DNA from: Verrucomicrobiota bacterium
GTDB taxonomy: Bacteria > Verrucomicrobiota > Verrucomicrobiia > Limisphaerales > UBA11358
DNA length: 64,000 nt
NCBI GenBank assembly: GCA_049521735.1
Contig: JBEKON010000001.1
Location: forward strand, 98,604 to 162,603
Reading direction: 5' to 3'
Part shown: one piece after another, positions 17,224 through 26,208 of the stretch
Layout of the letters: the number at the start of each line of letters is the position of its first letter
How positions within the stretch are numbered: the stretch's first letter is position 1
Program-made: the position numbers and the translations under genes
Notes under the pieces: model-generated
What the model was told of the DNA's origin: nothing
Databases searched by the model: none
What the model saw: the letters and a program-made list of their open reading frames with translations, nothing else

Positions 17224-18825
17224 ATGAACTTGAACTCTCTTTGCCGCCATCCGACCACAGCTCTACTTTTGATTATCAACTTTGTTGCGCCGCTTGTTGC
17301 AGTCCGCGCTGTCGCCGCGGAGACCAACAACGTCCAACCTGGAGCGGCGGTCATTCTGCCGGCGTCTGTGGGAACCAACGCCGATGCTGTCGCGAATTCG
17401 GTTGTGAAAGTGTTTTCCACAGTGCGTTACCCTGATTTTTACCGGCCATGGGCCAAGGAGTCACCGAGTGAAGTCACCGGCAGCGGCGTCGTCATCGAAG
17501 GCAAACGGATTCTCACGTGCGCCCATGTCGTGCTTTACGCCAGCCAGGTGCAGGTGCAGGCCAATCAGGCGGGCGACAAGGTTTCCGCCACGGTCGAGTT
17601 CATCGCGCCGGGAATTGATCTCGCCGTGCTCAAGCTGGATGACGAAACGTTCTTCAACTCGCATCCAGCATTGCCGCGCGCGAAGCTGCTCCCGGAGGTC
17701 AAGGATGCGGTCATGGTTTATGGTTATCCGGAAGGCGGCACGAGCCTTTCCATCACCAAAGGCATCGTGTCCCGCATCGAATTCACCAGCTATAGTTTCC
17801 CCGTTTCCGGTCTGCGAATTCAAATTGACGCGGCCGTCAATCCCGGCAACAGCGGCGGGCCGGCTGTGGTGGGCGACAAGATGATTGGGCTTGCCTTCAG
17901 CCACCTCAACCAGGCCGAAAACATCGGTTACATCATCCCGTGCGAGGAGATTGAGCTGTTCCTCCAGGACATCGCGGACGGCCATTATGACGGCAAGCCC
18001 GCCATGTTTGATGAGTTGCAAACGCTCGAAAATCCCGCTTTACGCCCGTTTCTCAAACTCGACAAGCCGGTGGAAGGAATGATCGTGCATCAGCCGGACA
18101 GCGACGATCCGGCCTACCCGCTGAAGGAATGGGATGTCATCACCAAAATTGGCGACACGCCGGTGGACGACCAGGGCATGGTCAAACAAGGGAACGACCT
18201 GCGCATCCGTTTCCAATATCTGGTTCAGAAAACGGCCAAAAACGGAAAATTGCCGTTGACGGTGGAGCGCGATGGGAAAGAAATCCATATTGAATTGCCC
18301 GTATCGCCGAAGCATCCGATGCTCTTGCCGGATTTGAGAGACGCCTACCCGTCGTATTTTATTTACGGGCCGTTGGTGTTTTCCAGTGCCTCGCAACAAT
18401 TCGTCCGTGAGTTCACCAGCGGCAGCCGGGGGGGCATACGCTGGATGATCTGGTTGAGTTACCGGGGCAGTCCGCTGATAACGCGCATCAGCGACAGGCC
18501 GGCTTTCAAGGATGAGGAACTTGTGGTGGTTCCATCTCCCTTCTTTCCGCATAAATTGTCGGAAGGCTATTCGGATCCATTTTGCCAGGTGGTTAAAAGC
18601 GTTAACGGCATTCCCATCAAAAACCTTGGCCATCTGGTGGAGGTCTTGCGCGATAACAGGGACAAATTCATCACCGTCGCCTTTGCTGGCCGCGATGGCG
18701 AGACGATGGTGTTTCCACGGGCCGAAATGCTCGCCGCCACCGACGGCATCCTCACCGACAACGGCATCCGCAGCCAAGGCTCGCCCGATACCATGGCCAT
18801 CTGGAACGCCGGGTCTTCCAAATAA
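17224..18825 (+). CDS. Secreted trypsin-like serine protease (S1C/HtrA-like)
   Basis: Signal sequence; catalytic triad context TCAHVV, IDLAVLKL, GNSGGPAV; PDZ-like C-terminal region. Confidence 0.8.
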   Translation: MNLNSLCRHPTTALLLIINFVAPLVAVRAVAAETNNVQPGAAVILPASVGTNADAVANSVVKVFSTVRYPDFYRPWAKESPSEVTGSGVVIEGKRILTCAHVVLYASQVQVQANQAGDKVSATVEFIAPGIDLAVLKLDDETFFNSHPALPRAKLLPEVKDAVMVYGYPEGGTSLSITKGIVSRIEFTSYSFPVSGLRIQIDAAVNPGNSGGPAVVGDKMIGLAFSHLNQAENIGYIIPCEEIELFLQDIADGHYDGKPAMFDELQTLENPALRPFLKLDKPVEGMIVHQPDSDDPAYPLKEWDVITKIGDTPVDDQGMVKQGNDLRIRFQYLVQKTAKNGKLPLTVERDGKEIHIELPVSPKHPMLLPDLRDAYPSYFIYGPLVFSSASQQFVREFTSGSRGGIRWMIWLSYRGSPLITRISDRPAFKDEELVVVPSPFFPHKLSEGYSDPFCQVVKSVNGIPIKNLGHLVEVLRDNRDKFITVAFAGRDGETMVFPRAEMLAATDGILTDNGIRSQGSPDTMAIWNAGSSK

Positions 18826-18854
18826 ATCACCGGCATACTAAACTCTGCCGGTTT

Positions 18855-20072
18855 ATGGCCACGATCAAACCATTTGCCGCGTTGCGACCCAAACCGGAAC
18901 TGGCTTCGCAAATTTGCGAACTGCCTTACGACGTCATGTCGTCGGACGAAGCGCGTGAACTGGCGGCCAACAATCCGTTGAGCTTTCTGCATGTCAGCAA
19001 ACCGGAGATTGATTTGCCGCCGGGCACGGACATTTACGCGCCGGAAGTTTATGCGAAGGGCAAAGAAAATTTTCAGAAACTCATCCGTGACGGCGCGCTC
19101 CAGCAGGATTCACAGCCGCACTTTTACCTTTACCGGCAAATCATGGGCGGTCATTCGCAAACCGGCCTTGTCGCGGCCGCGAGCTGCGAGGAGTATCTCA
19201 ATGGCGTCATCAAGAAGCATGAATTGACCCAGCCCGACAAGGAAGACGACCGGTTGCGCCACATTGAAACGCTCAATTCCCAAACCGGTCCGGCGTTTCT
19301 GACTTATCGCGCCAGTTCAGCGCTTGACGAATTGGTTGCGATGAAAATTGCGGGGAAACCCGACGTGGATTTCACGGCCAAAGATGATGTGCGGCACACT
19401 TCATGGACGATCAATGACGCGGCGGAAATTCGGCTTATCGGAGCGCAATTCGCAAAAATTTCACGCCTTTACATCGGGGATGGGCATCATCGCAGCGCTG
19501 CGGCGGCGCGTATTTTTCAAAAGCGCCATGGCGCGGGCCGCAGCGGGCAATTTCTGGCCGTGATTTTTCCGCATAACCAGCTGCAGATTCTGCCCTACAA
19601 CCGCGTGTTGAAGGATTTGAACGGCCACACGCCGGAACAATTGCTGGAAGAACTGCAAATCCATTCGGATTTTTTGATTTCAAAAGACGGAAGCGCGATG
19701 CCAAAACGGAAAAACGAACTCGGGTTTTATTTTCAAGGCAAATGGCGGACGCTTTCGGTGCAGCCGATAAAATTGCGGAAAGACGCGATTGAGAATCTGG
19801 ACGTGACGCTGTTGCAAAAAAGAATTCTTGCGCCGGTGTTTGGCATTGACGACCCGCGCACGAGCGAGCGTATTGATTTCATCGGCGGCATCCGTGGCAC
19901 GGCGGAACTGGAAAAATTGGTGGATAGCGGTGAATACGCCTGCGCGTTTTCGATGTTCCCGACGGGCATCGAGGATTTAATGACGGTCGCGAACGCCGGC
20001 GGCATGATGCCGCCCAAAAGCACGTGGTTCGAACCGAAGCTCCGCGACGGGATGTTTTGCCATATGATTTAA
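18855..20072 (+). CDS. DUF1015 family protein
   Basis: MATIKPFAALRPKPELASQICELPYDVMSSDEARE and YIGDGHHRSAAA are as I remember for DUF1015. Confidence 0.75.
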   Translation: MATIKPFAALRPKPELASQICELPYDVMSSDEARELAANNPLSFLHVSKPEIDLPPGTDIYAPEVYAKGKENFQKLIRDGALQQDSQPHFYLYRQIMGGHSQTGLVAAASCEEYLNGVIKKHELTQPDKEDDRLRHIETLNSQTGPAFLTYRASSALDELVAMKIAGKPDVDFTAKDDVRHTSWTINDAAEIRLIGAQFAKISRLYIGDGHHRSAAAARIFQKRHGAGRSGQFLAVIFPHNQLQILPYNRVLKDLNGHTPEQLLEELQIHSDFLISKDGSAMPKRKNELGFYFQGKWRTLSVQPIKLRKDAIENLDVTLLQKRILAPVFGIDDPRTSERIDFIGGIRGTAELEKLVDSGEYACAFSMFPTGIEDLMTVANAGGMMPPKSTWFEPKLRDGMFCHMI

Positions 20073-20164
20073 AGTGTCACGTATCACGTATCATGTGTCA
20101 CGCAGCCGAATGCCAAATACCCGACGGACGACACTTGGCACATGACACACGACACCTGACACTT
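20073..20164. repeat. 'Empty' heptamer-arm hairpin of the same family as 6562/6978
   Basis: agtgtcacgtatcacgtatcatgtgtcacg - 27-nt loop - gacacttggcacatgacacacgacacctgacact. Arms share gtgtcacgtatca and tggcacatgacac strings with the carB-adjacent cassette. Confidence 0.85.
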
Positions 20165-20176
20165 TAGCTTTTCCCC

Positions 20177-20956
20177 GTGCCCTTGACCCGCCTCCAACGC
20201 AGTCTGCGCGCCACCTTTGCGGGCATGGCCGTCAACGTTGTGTTGTCAGGCACGAAACTCGCCGCGGGCATTGCCGGCCATTCGCATGCGCTCGTCGCCG
20301 ATGCCGTCGAATCCTTTGCCGACATTTTCAGTTCGCTCATCGTCTGGCGTGGTGTCGTCGTTGCAGCGGTGCCGGCGGACGAAGACCATCCCTACGGCCA
20401 CGGCAAGGCCGAACCCATCGCTTCTGCCATCGTTGCCACCATGTTGTTGGGGGCGGCCCTGTGGATCGCCATCACGGCGTTCGGCGAAATCACGAAACCC
20501 CACCCGTCGCCGGCGCCGTTCACACTCATCGTGCTGCTATTGGTGGTGGCCGTGAAGGAAGGACTGTTCCGGTTTGTTTCGCGCGAAGGCAAGGCGGTGG
20601 ACAGTTCCGCCGTGCGCACGGACGCCTGGCATCATCGCAGCGACGCCATCACGTCCGTGGCCGCCGGCATCGGCATCAGCGTGGCGCTCATCGGCGGCAG
20701 GGGTTTCGAGGCGGCTGAGCAAATCCGCCAGGTTGCGACAACCACGCCCGGCGTGGACAGCGTGGAAAAATGCATCGTTCGCAAGGTGGGTTATCAATAT
20801 TTCGTGGACATGCATGTGGAAGTGGATCCGCAGATGACCGTGCTCCGCTCGCACGAAATCGCCCATGCCGTGAAGGACAAAATCCGCGACGCCCTCCCCG
20901 CCGTTTGCGACGTGTTGGTTCACATTGAACCGCGAAAACACAGTCCCAAAATCTGA
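20177..20956 (+). CDS. Cation diffusion facilitator transporter, apparently lacking TM6
   Basis: HSHALVADAVESFAD, HPYGHGKAEP, DAWHHRSDAITS motifs and cytoplasmic C-domain. About 40 aa between ...GGRGFEAAE and QIRQVATTTPGV seem to be missing versus my memory of canonical CDFs. GTG start. Confidence 0.7.
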   Translation: MPLTRLQRSLRATFAGMAVNVVLSGTKLAAGIAGHSHALVADAVESFADIFSSLIVWRGVVVAAVPADEDHPYGHGKAEPIASAIVATMLLGAALWIAITAFGEITKPHPSPAPFTLIVLLLVVAVKEGLFRFVSREGKAVDSSAVRTDAWHHRSDAITSVAAGIGISVALIGGRGFEAAEQIRQVATTTPGVDSVEKCIVRKVGYQYFVDMHVEVDPQMTVLRSHEIAHAVKDKIRDALPAVCDVLVHIEPRKHSPKI

Positions 20957-21006
20957 ATTCATTTCCTCTTTGCGCGTTTGCCATTTTGACGGTTTAATAT
21001 CCGTGC

Positions 21007-22233
21007 ATGAAAATCGTTTTAGCCTATTCCGGCGGCCTCGACACCTCGGTGCTGCTTTCGTGGCTCAAAGAAACCTACGACGCCGAGATGATCGCCTTCT
21101 GCGCCAACATCGGGCAGGAGGAGGAATTGCGCGGCTTGGAGGCGAAAGCCAGAAAAACCGGCGCGTCGAAAATTTATATCGGCGATTTGCAGGATGAATT
21201 CGCGCGTGACTTCATCTATCCGATGATTCAGGCGGGCGCGGTTTACGAAGGCCAGTATTTCCTCGGCACCAGTATCGCCCGGCCGCTCATCGCCAAGGAA
21301 ATGATTGAAGTCGCCCGCAGGGAAAAGGCCGACGCCATCGCCCACGGCGCCACCGGCAAAGGCAACGACCAGGTGCGGTTCGAACTCACCGCCGCCGCGC
21401 TCGCGCCGGACTTACAGGTCATCGCCCCGTGGCGGGACGCGCGGTTTCGGAGGGAATTTCCCGGCCGGCAGGAGATGATTGCGTATTGCAAGCGGAGAAA
21501 AATCCCCGTCCAGGCCAGCGCGAAGAAGCCGTTCTCGATGGACCGGAACCTCCTGCACATTTCCTACGAGGCGGGCATTCTCGAAGACCCGTGGATGGAC
21601 GCGAGCGACAAAAAGTTTCGCGGCTCGTTCACCACGCTGTCCGTGTTCCCCGAAGACGCACCGAACAAACCGGAATTCGTCACGATTGACTTCAAGAAAG
21701 GCAACGCAGTTGCCGTGAATGGAAAGACTCTTTCCCCGCTGGGCGTGATGAAGACACTGAACAAAATCGGCGGCAAACACGGCGTCGGGCGGGTGGACAT
21801 GGTGGAGAACCGGTATGTGGGCATGAAATCGCGGGGTGTGTATGAAACGCCCGGCGGCGCCATCCTGCATTTTGCGCACCGGCAGATGGAAAGCCTCACC
21901 ATAGACCGGGAAGTCATGCACCTGCGGGACGCGCTGGTTCCGCGGTATGCGGAGTTGGTGTATTACGGCTACTGGTTCGCGCCGGAACGGCTGGCGTTGC
22001 AGGCGCTTGTGACCGAGAGCCAGAAGAACGTGACCGGCACCGTGCGGATAAAATTGTATAAAGGCAACATCATGATTGCTGGCCGGAAATCTCCGGTGAG
22101 CCTCTACAGCTCGCACATTGCGACGATGGAAGCCGATCCTACAAAGGCGTACAACCAGGACGACGCCACCGGCTTCATCCGGTTGAACGCCCTGCGGTTG
22201 AAAGTTGCGGCGAAGGTGCAGAGGAAGAAATAA
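21007..22233 (+). CDS. argG: Argininosuccinate synthase
   Basis: [15 protein letters not shown]..., [15 protein letters not shown]. Confidence 0.95.
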   Translation: MKIVLAYSGGLDTSVLLSWLKETYDAEMIAFCANIGQEEELRGLEAKARKTGASKIYIGDLQDEFARDFIYPMIQAGAVYEGQYFLGTSIARPLIAKEMIEVARREKADAIAHGATGKGNDQVRFELTAAALAPDLQVIAPWRDARFRREFPGRQEMIAYCKRRKIPVQASAKKPFSMDRNLLHISYEAGILEDPWMDASDKKFRGSFTTLSVFPEDAPNKPEFVTIDFKKGNAVAVNGKTLSPLGVMKTLNKIGGKHGVGRVDMVENRYVGMKSRGVYETPGGAILHFAHRQMESLTIDREVMHLRDALVPRYAELVYYGYWFAPERLALQALVTESQKNVTGTVRIKLYKGNIMIAGRKSPVSLYSSHIATMEADPTKAYNQDDATGFIRLNALRLKVAAKVQRKK

Positions 22234-22239
22234 ATCGCG

Positions 22240-22710
22240 ATGAAGCTCACGAAAAGTTCACGGCATTCGAAGATCACGGGTGACTTCGGTGAATTGATCG
22301 TGCTGTATCTACTTTCCCGCCACGGCTTCGAATGCGCCCGGGTTGATCACACGGGAATTGATTTGATAGCGCGGCGGCCAAATTCCCGCGAAGTTCTTGG
22401 AATTTCGGTCAAGAGTCGCAGCCGTCAAGCTGGAACTGAAAACACACATCTCGCATTACCACATGATGGATTTGTTAAAGCCAAGGCCGCGTGTGATGCG
22501 TTTGGTTGCACACCTTACTTCGCGCTTGTAATAGATGCCGGTCAGCGAATACGGGTCTTCTTGCTGTCACTTCGTCATCTTCAAAGGCTTTTTCCAGGCG
22601 GGCGCAAGGTGTCCGCGTGGCAGATGTCCGAATCCTTCTTACGGCAGTATTACGCTGATCCGCAAATCGCCATCTTTGAACTTACCACACACGGAGAGAA
22701 GTGGTTTTAG
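22240..22710 (+). CDS. Small PD-(D/E)XK-like nuclease-fold protein (DUF4365/Hjc-like pattern), function unknown
   Basis: GDFGELIVLYLLSRHGFECARVDHTGIDLIARR...LGISVKSRS fits the G-E ... D-h-h-A ... (E/S)-x-K layout of restriction-endonuclease-like folds. Starts 6 nt after the argG stop. Confidence 0.5.
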   Translation: MKLTKSSRHSKITGDFGELIVLYLLSRHGFECARVDHTGIDLIARRPNSREVLGISVKSRSRQAGTENTHLALPHDGFVKAKAACDAFGCTPYFALVIDAGQRIRVFLLSLRHLQRLFPGGRKVSAWQMSESFLRQYYADPQIAIFELTTHGEKWF

Positions 22711-22729
22711 CGCATTTTTAGGGTAGCCT

Positions 22730-23410
22730 ATGCCCAATTCAATTCTCTTGTATCGTTATTTGGATGCTGCGTCAGCGCTGAAGACAATCGAATCCCGGTC
22801 ATTCAAGGTTGGTAGGTTACGAGATTTTAACGACCCGTTTGAATGGCGCATGGGGATTACAGGAATTATCCCTGAAGGCAAAGTGGTCGCAAATGCTTGC
22901 ATGGAGGGCTTCATTGACGACGTTCATGGGTGGCTTGGAATTTTTTGTTTTAGCGATACGGCCACAGAACCAGTCCTCTGGTCGCATTACGCCGACAAGC
23001 ATCAAGGTGTAGCATTTGAGGTCAACTATCTCATAGAGCCGGACAAGCTTTTCAAAATGCGTTACACCAATGAGCGCCCAATTGTGGATGCTAACAGACT
23101 TCTCAATCCAATCGGACTTGACGCTTACCTATTACCGCTCCTTTACCGCTTAATGACCCAAAAATCGCCCGGCTGGTCTTACGAGCGTGAGTATCGAGCA
23201 TTTGTCGACCTCAATAAAGACTGCGAAATTTCTGGCGGGCTTTATTTCAGGCGCATTCCAGAAAATTTTCTTCAACGCGTAATTTTGGGTTATAAATGTC
23301 CGTTAGAGGAAAAATATGTTCTCAAAGCGCTTGGGAAAAGTGGGTTTACTTCAACGAAAGTTGTCCGGGCAAAGATGTGCCTTGAGACTTATTCAATTCG
23401 AACCGAGTAG
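22730..23410 (+). CDS. DUF2971 family protein
   Basis: LLYRYLDAASALKTIESRSFKVGRLRDFNDPFEW, FCFSDTATEPVLWSHYADKHQGVAFEV and WSYEREYR match the remembered DUF2971 signature. Visibly AT-richer than its neighbours. Confidence 0.7.
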   Translation: MPNSILLYRYLDAASALKTIESRSFKVGRLRDFNDPFEWRMGITGIIPEGKVVANACMEGFIDDVHGWLGIFCFSDTATEPVLWSHYADKHQGVAFEVNYLIEPDKLFKMRYTNERPIVDANRLLNPIGLDAYLLPLLYRLMTQKSPGWSYEREYRAFVDLNKDCEISGGLYFRRIPENFLQRVILGYKCPLEEKYVLKALGKSGFTSTKVVRAKMCLETYSIRTE

Positions 23411-23430
23411 CTTCATACTGTGAGGAGCAG

Positions 23431-23795
23431 AATCTTTGTCGCCACCCGATTTTCTTGATTTGTATTTACAACCTCCCTCACCTTTTTCCTCTCCCCAAGG
23501 AGAGGACATACCGGAGCAAGATTTCTGGTTGGCGGGAGATTGTCCGGCCAATCCAGTCGCACGGCATTCCAAGCACGCGGCGAATGATTCTCCTTCTCCC
23601 CGGGGGAGACTTGAGCCGATTGGGAATCGGTGAAAGGAATTCGGCGAAGCCGAAAGCCCGCAGGGCCGAGCGAGCGGGCGCGAGTGAGTCAACGCCGGGA
23701 TGAGGGCGAGCGTTCAAACCATCATTCTGTGAGCCACCGCCCGCCCCCCAGCTCTTGCACGCAAGGGCTGGGCGGAATTTTTGTCGCCACCCGAT
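23431..23795. repeat. 345-bp non-coding block bounded by 20-nt direct repeats (aat[c/t]tttgtcgccacccgat)
   Basis: Direct repeat copies at 23431-23450 and 23776-23795 (1 mismatch). The interior is a string of short GC hairpins (cctctccccaaggagagg, tctccccgggggaga, cccagctcttgcacgcaagggctggg). Confidence 0.8.
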
Positions 23796-23847
23796 GATTG
23801 CGTGGTTCAAGTAACGAAGTTACCCTCGCGCAAATCAAAACCAACCT

Positions 23848-24645
23848 ATGTCAAAATTGAATTTCACTTTCATGTCGCTCGCCGGCCTTTTGCTTTTTTC
23901 AGCCGCCATTTCCCGCGCCCAAGTCACGAACACTCCGGGCATTAACGTCTATGACGGTTTTGAGACGGCCAAGTTGAGCAAGCTTTGGGACACGGACAGA
24001 TTTGAAGCCGGCGCGGTGACGATGCAGACGAACATTGTCCGCACCGGCCGCGGCGCGGCCCAAATCATTCTCCGTTCGCGCGACATTTTTGAGGCTGGCA
24101 TCAACGGCAGCAAGGACACCGAGCGGGACGAGTTGCTCGAGGCCAAGAAATTGACCTCGAAGGAAAACGTGCCTTATGAGCAATCCTTCAGCATGTTTAT
24201 TCCAACGAATTTTCCCATCGTGCCGACGCGCTTGGTCATCGCGCAATGGAAACAGAATTGCGGCGGCAACAGCAATTGTTCGGACGACAGCCCGGTGCTG
24301 GCGATTCGATACATTTCCGGCACGCTCAAAATCACACAGAACATTGCCAGACATGAAACGGTGCTTTATCAGGAAAAGGCCGAGTTTCGAGGTCGGTGGC
24401 TGGATTTCAAATTTCAAACCCGTTTTACAACCAATCAAAACGGCCGGATCAGAGCGTGGCTCAACGACCGGCTGTTGGTGGATTACACCGGCGTGAATGC
24501 CTATCCCGAAAACGCAACCACTGGTTACCGCAACCCCAGCCGGTTTTATTTCAAAATGGGGCTGTATCGCGACCTGATGGCCGAACCGATGACCATCTAC
24601 ATTGACGAGTATTGGAAAAGGGAATTGCCGGAAACCAATCTTTAA
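23848..24645 (+). CDS. Secreted concanavalin-like 'polysaccharide lyase' family protein
   Basis: Signal peptide; ERDEL..., IAQWKQ..., SPVLAIRY, GRIRAWLNDRL, FYFKMGLYRD resemble the heparin-lyase-like Polysacc_lyase domain pattern. Confidence 0.5.
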   Translation: MSKLNFTFMSLAGLLLFSAAISRAQVTNTPGINVYDGFETAKLSKLWDTDRFEAGAVTMQTNIVRTGRGAAQIILRSRDIFEAGINGSKDTERDELLEAKKLTSKENVPYEQSFSMFIPTNFPIVPTRLVIAQWKQNCGGNSNCSDDSPVLAIRYISGTLKITQNIARHETVLYQEKAEFRGRWLDFKFQTRFTTNQNGRIRAWLNDRLLVDYTGVNAYPENATTGYRNPSRFYFKMGLYRDLMAEPMTIYIDEYWKRELPETNL

Positions 24646-24732
24646 ACTCCGTAATTTCAGGCGGGCGGTAAACTTTCTTTACTTATATTTTCTCCGCAGC
24701 AACTCTACATTCCGTTTACCCGTTTTATTCGT

Positions 24733-26208
24733 ATGAAATTTTGGCGCACAATTTTTTTATCCGTTTTAGCCATGGCCGTCGCGGCCAAGGGACAATCTCC
24801 CAATTCCGTCGCCGGCCCAGATCCTCGGGAAATTCCATTGCCGCCAATCAAGACGGCGATGGGCACGTTGCCGGGCGTGAACGATTTGCCGGTTCGCCCC
24901 GAGCTGCCCGATGTGATGACAATGAACGACGGCACAAAAGTCACGACGGTCAAGCAATGGGAAAAGCGCCGCGAGGAGATGAAAAAAATTCTCGAGTATT
25001 ACGCCATCGGCCAAATGCCGCCGCCGCCGGGAAATGTGGAAGGAGAAGAGGTCCAATCACAATTGGTGCTGGGTGGAAAAGTGAAATATCGGTTGGTGCA
25101 TCTGACCTTCGGGCCGGAACGAAAGCTGGCGCTGGACATAGGCATCTTCACACCGGTCGCAGGCGGGCCGTTCCCGACCATCATCTTGCAGAGCGGCACG
25201 CCGCCCGGTGCGACACCGTTGCCACGCCTGCCGCAAGGCCCAACCCAGGGCAAAGGACAGGATGTTTTGCTCGTGGTCGGCCCGGCAACGAACGCAAGTG
25301 CGGCGGCAACCGTCACCAATACTCCTGCGGTGCCGGGTCAGGAACCGGCAGCGCCAACAGCAACAGCCCGTGGCGGTCGCGGCGGGTTTGGCGGACCGGC
25401 CAATGCCGAAGATGTCGCACAGCATAACAGCGAATTGTTCCGTCGCGGTTACGCGCTCGTGATGTTCAACCCGAACGATTGCGCCGAGGACACGACGTTG
25501 CGCAATGAGGATGGCAGTTGGGCGTTTCGCCACACACGATTTTTCCCGGCTTATCCCGGTTATGATTGGGGCATTCTCGCGGCTTGGGCATGGGGCGCGT
25601 CGCGCGTCGCCGATTATCTTGAAACGGATCGCGCGATTGATAAAACGAAGCTCATCATCACCGGCGCGTCGCGCAACGGTAAATCCGCGATGATCGCGGC
25701 GGCGTTTGACGAGCGGTTGATGGGCGCGCCGGTCGTGACGGGCGGCGGCGGCATCGGCGCGTATCGCTTCGCTGGTCCGCGCCACAGCGAGACGCTGGAC
25801 ATCATGCAGAAAAAATATCCGAACTGGTTTTCACCGCATCTGCATGAATTCTGGGGTCAGCGCGAGAAATTGCCCTTCGACGAACACTGGTTTCTTGCGC
25901 TGTGCGCGCCCCGTCCTTTCATCGCATTGGAAGGTGATGCGGATAGGATTTCGTATCCCGAAGCGGTCAGACAGTCAATTCTGGGCGCGCAACCGGCGTA
26001 TGAACTTTTCGGCGCAAAAGACCGGCTCGGTGTGAATTACGCGCATCATGGCCATGCGTTCACAGAGGAGGATTGGACTGCGATGATGGACTTTGCCGAC
26101 AAAAATCTTCGTGGCATGAAAGTCGAGCGCACGTTTGATCATTTCCCGACGGAAGCGGAACTCGACGCTGCTGCGGCGGCCAGGGCCGCGTCACCTTCGT
26201 CCCGATGA
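24733..26208 (+). CDS. CE15-like glucuronoyl esterase
   Basis: Signal peptide; ITGASRNGKSAMIAAAFDERL...VVTGGGGIGAYRF resembles the CE15 G-C-S-R-x-G-K nucleophile region (Ala replaces Cys). Low-complexity Ala/Thr/Gly-rich insert. Confidence 0.55.
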   Translation: MKFWRTIFLSVLAMAVAAKGQSPNSVAGPDPREIPLPPIKTAMGTLPGVNDLPVRPELPDVMTMNDGTKVTTVKQWEKRREEMKKILEYYAIGQMPPPPGNVEGEEVQSQLVLGGKVKYRLVHLTFGPERKLALDIGIFTPVAGGPFPTIILQSGTPPGATPLPRLPQGPTQGKGQDVLLVVGPATNASAAATVTNTPAVPGQEPAAPTATARGGRGGFGGPANAEDVAQHNSELFRRGYALVMFNPNDCAEDTTLRNEDGSWAFRHTRFFPAYPGYDWGILAAWAWGASRVADYLETDRAIDKTKLIITGASRNGKSAMIAAAFDERLMGAPVVTGGGGIGAYRFAGPRHSETLDIMQKKYPNWFSPHLHEFWGQREKLPFDEHWFLALCAPRPFIALEGDADRISYPEAVRQSILGAQPAYELFGAKDRLGVNYAHHGHAFTEEDWTAMMDFADKNLRGMKVERTFDHFPTEAELDAAAAARAASPSSR

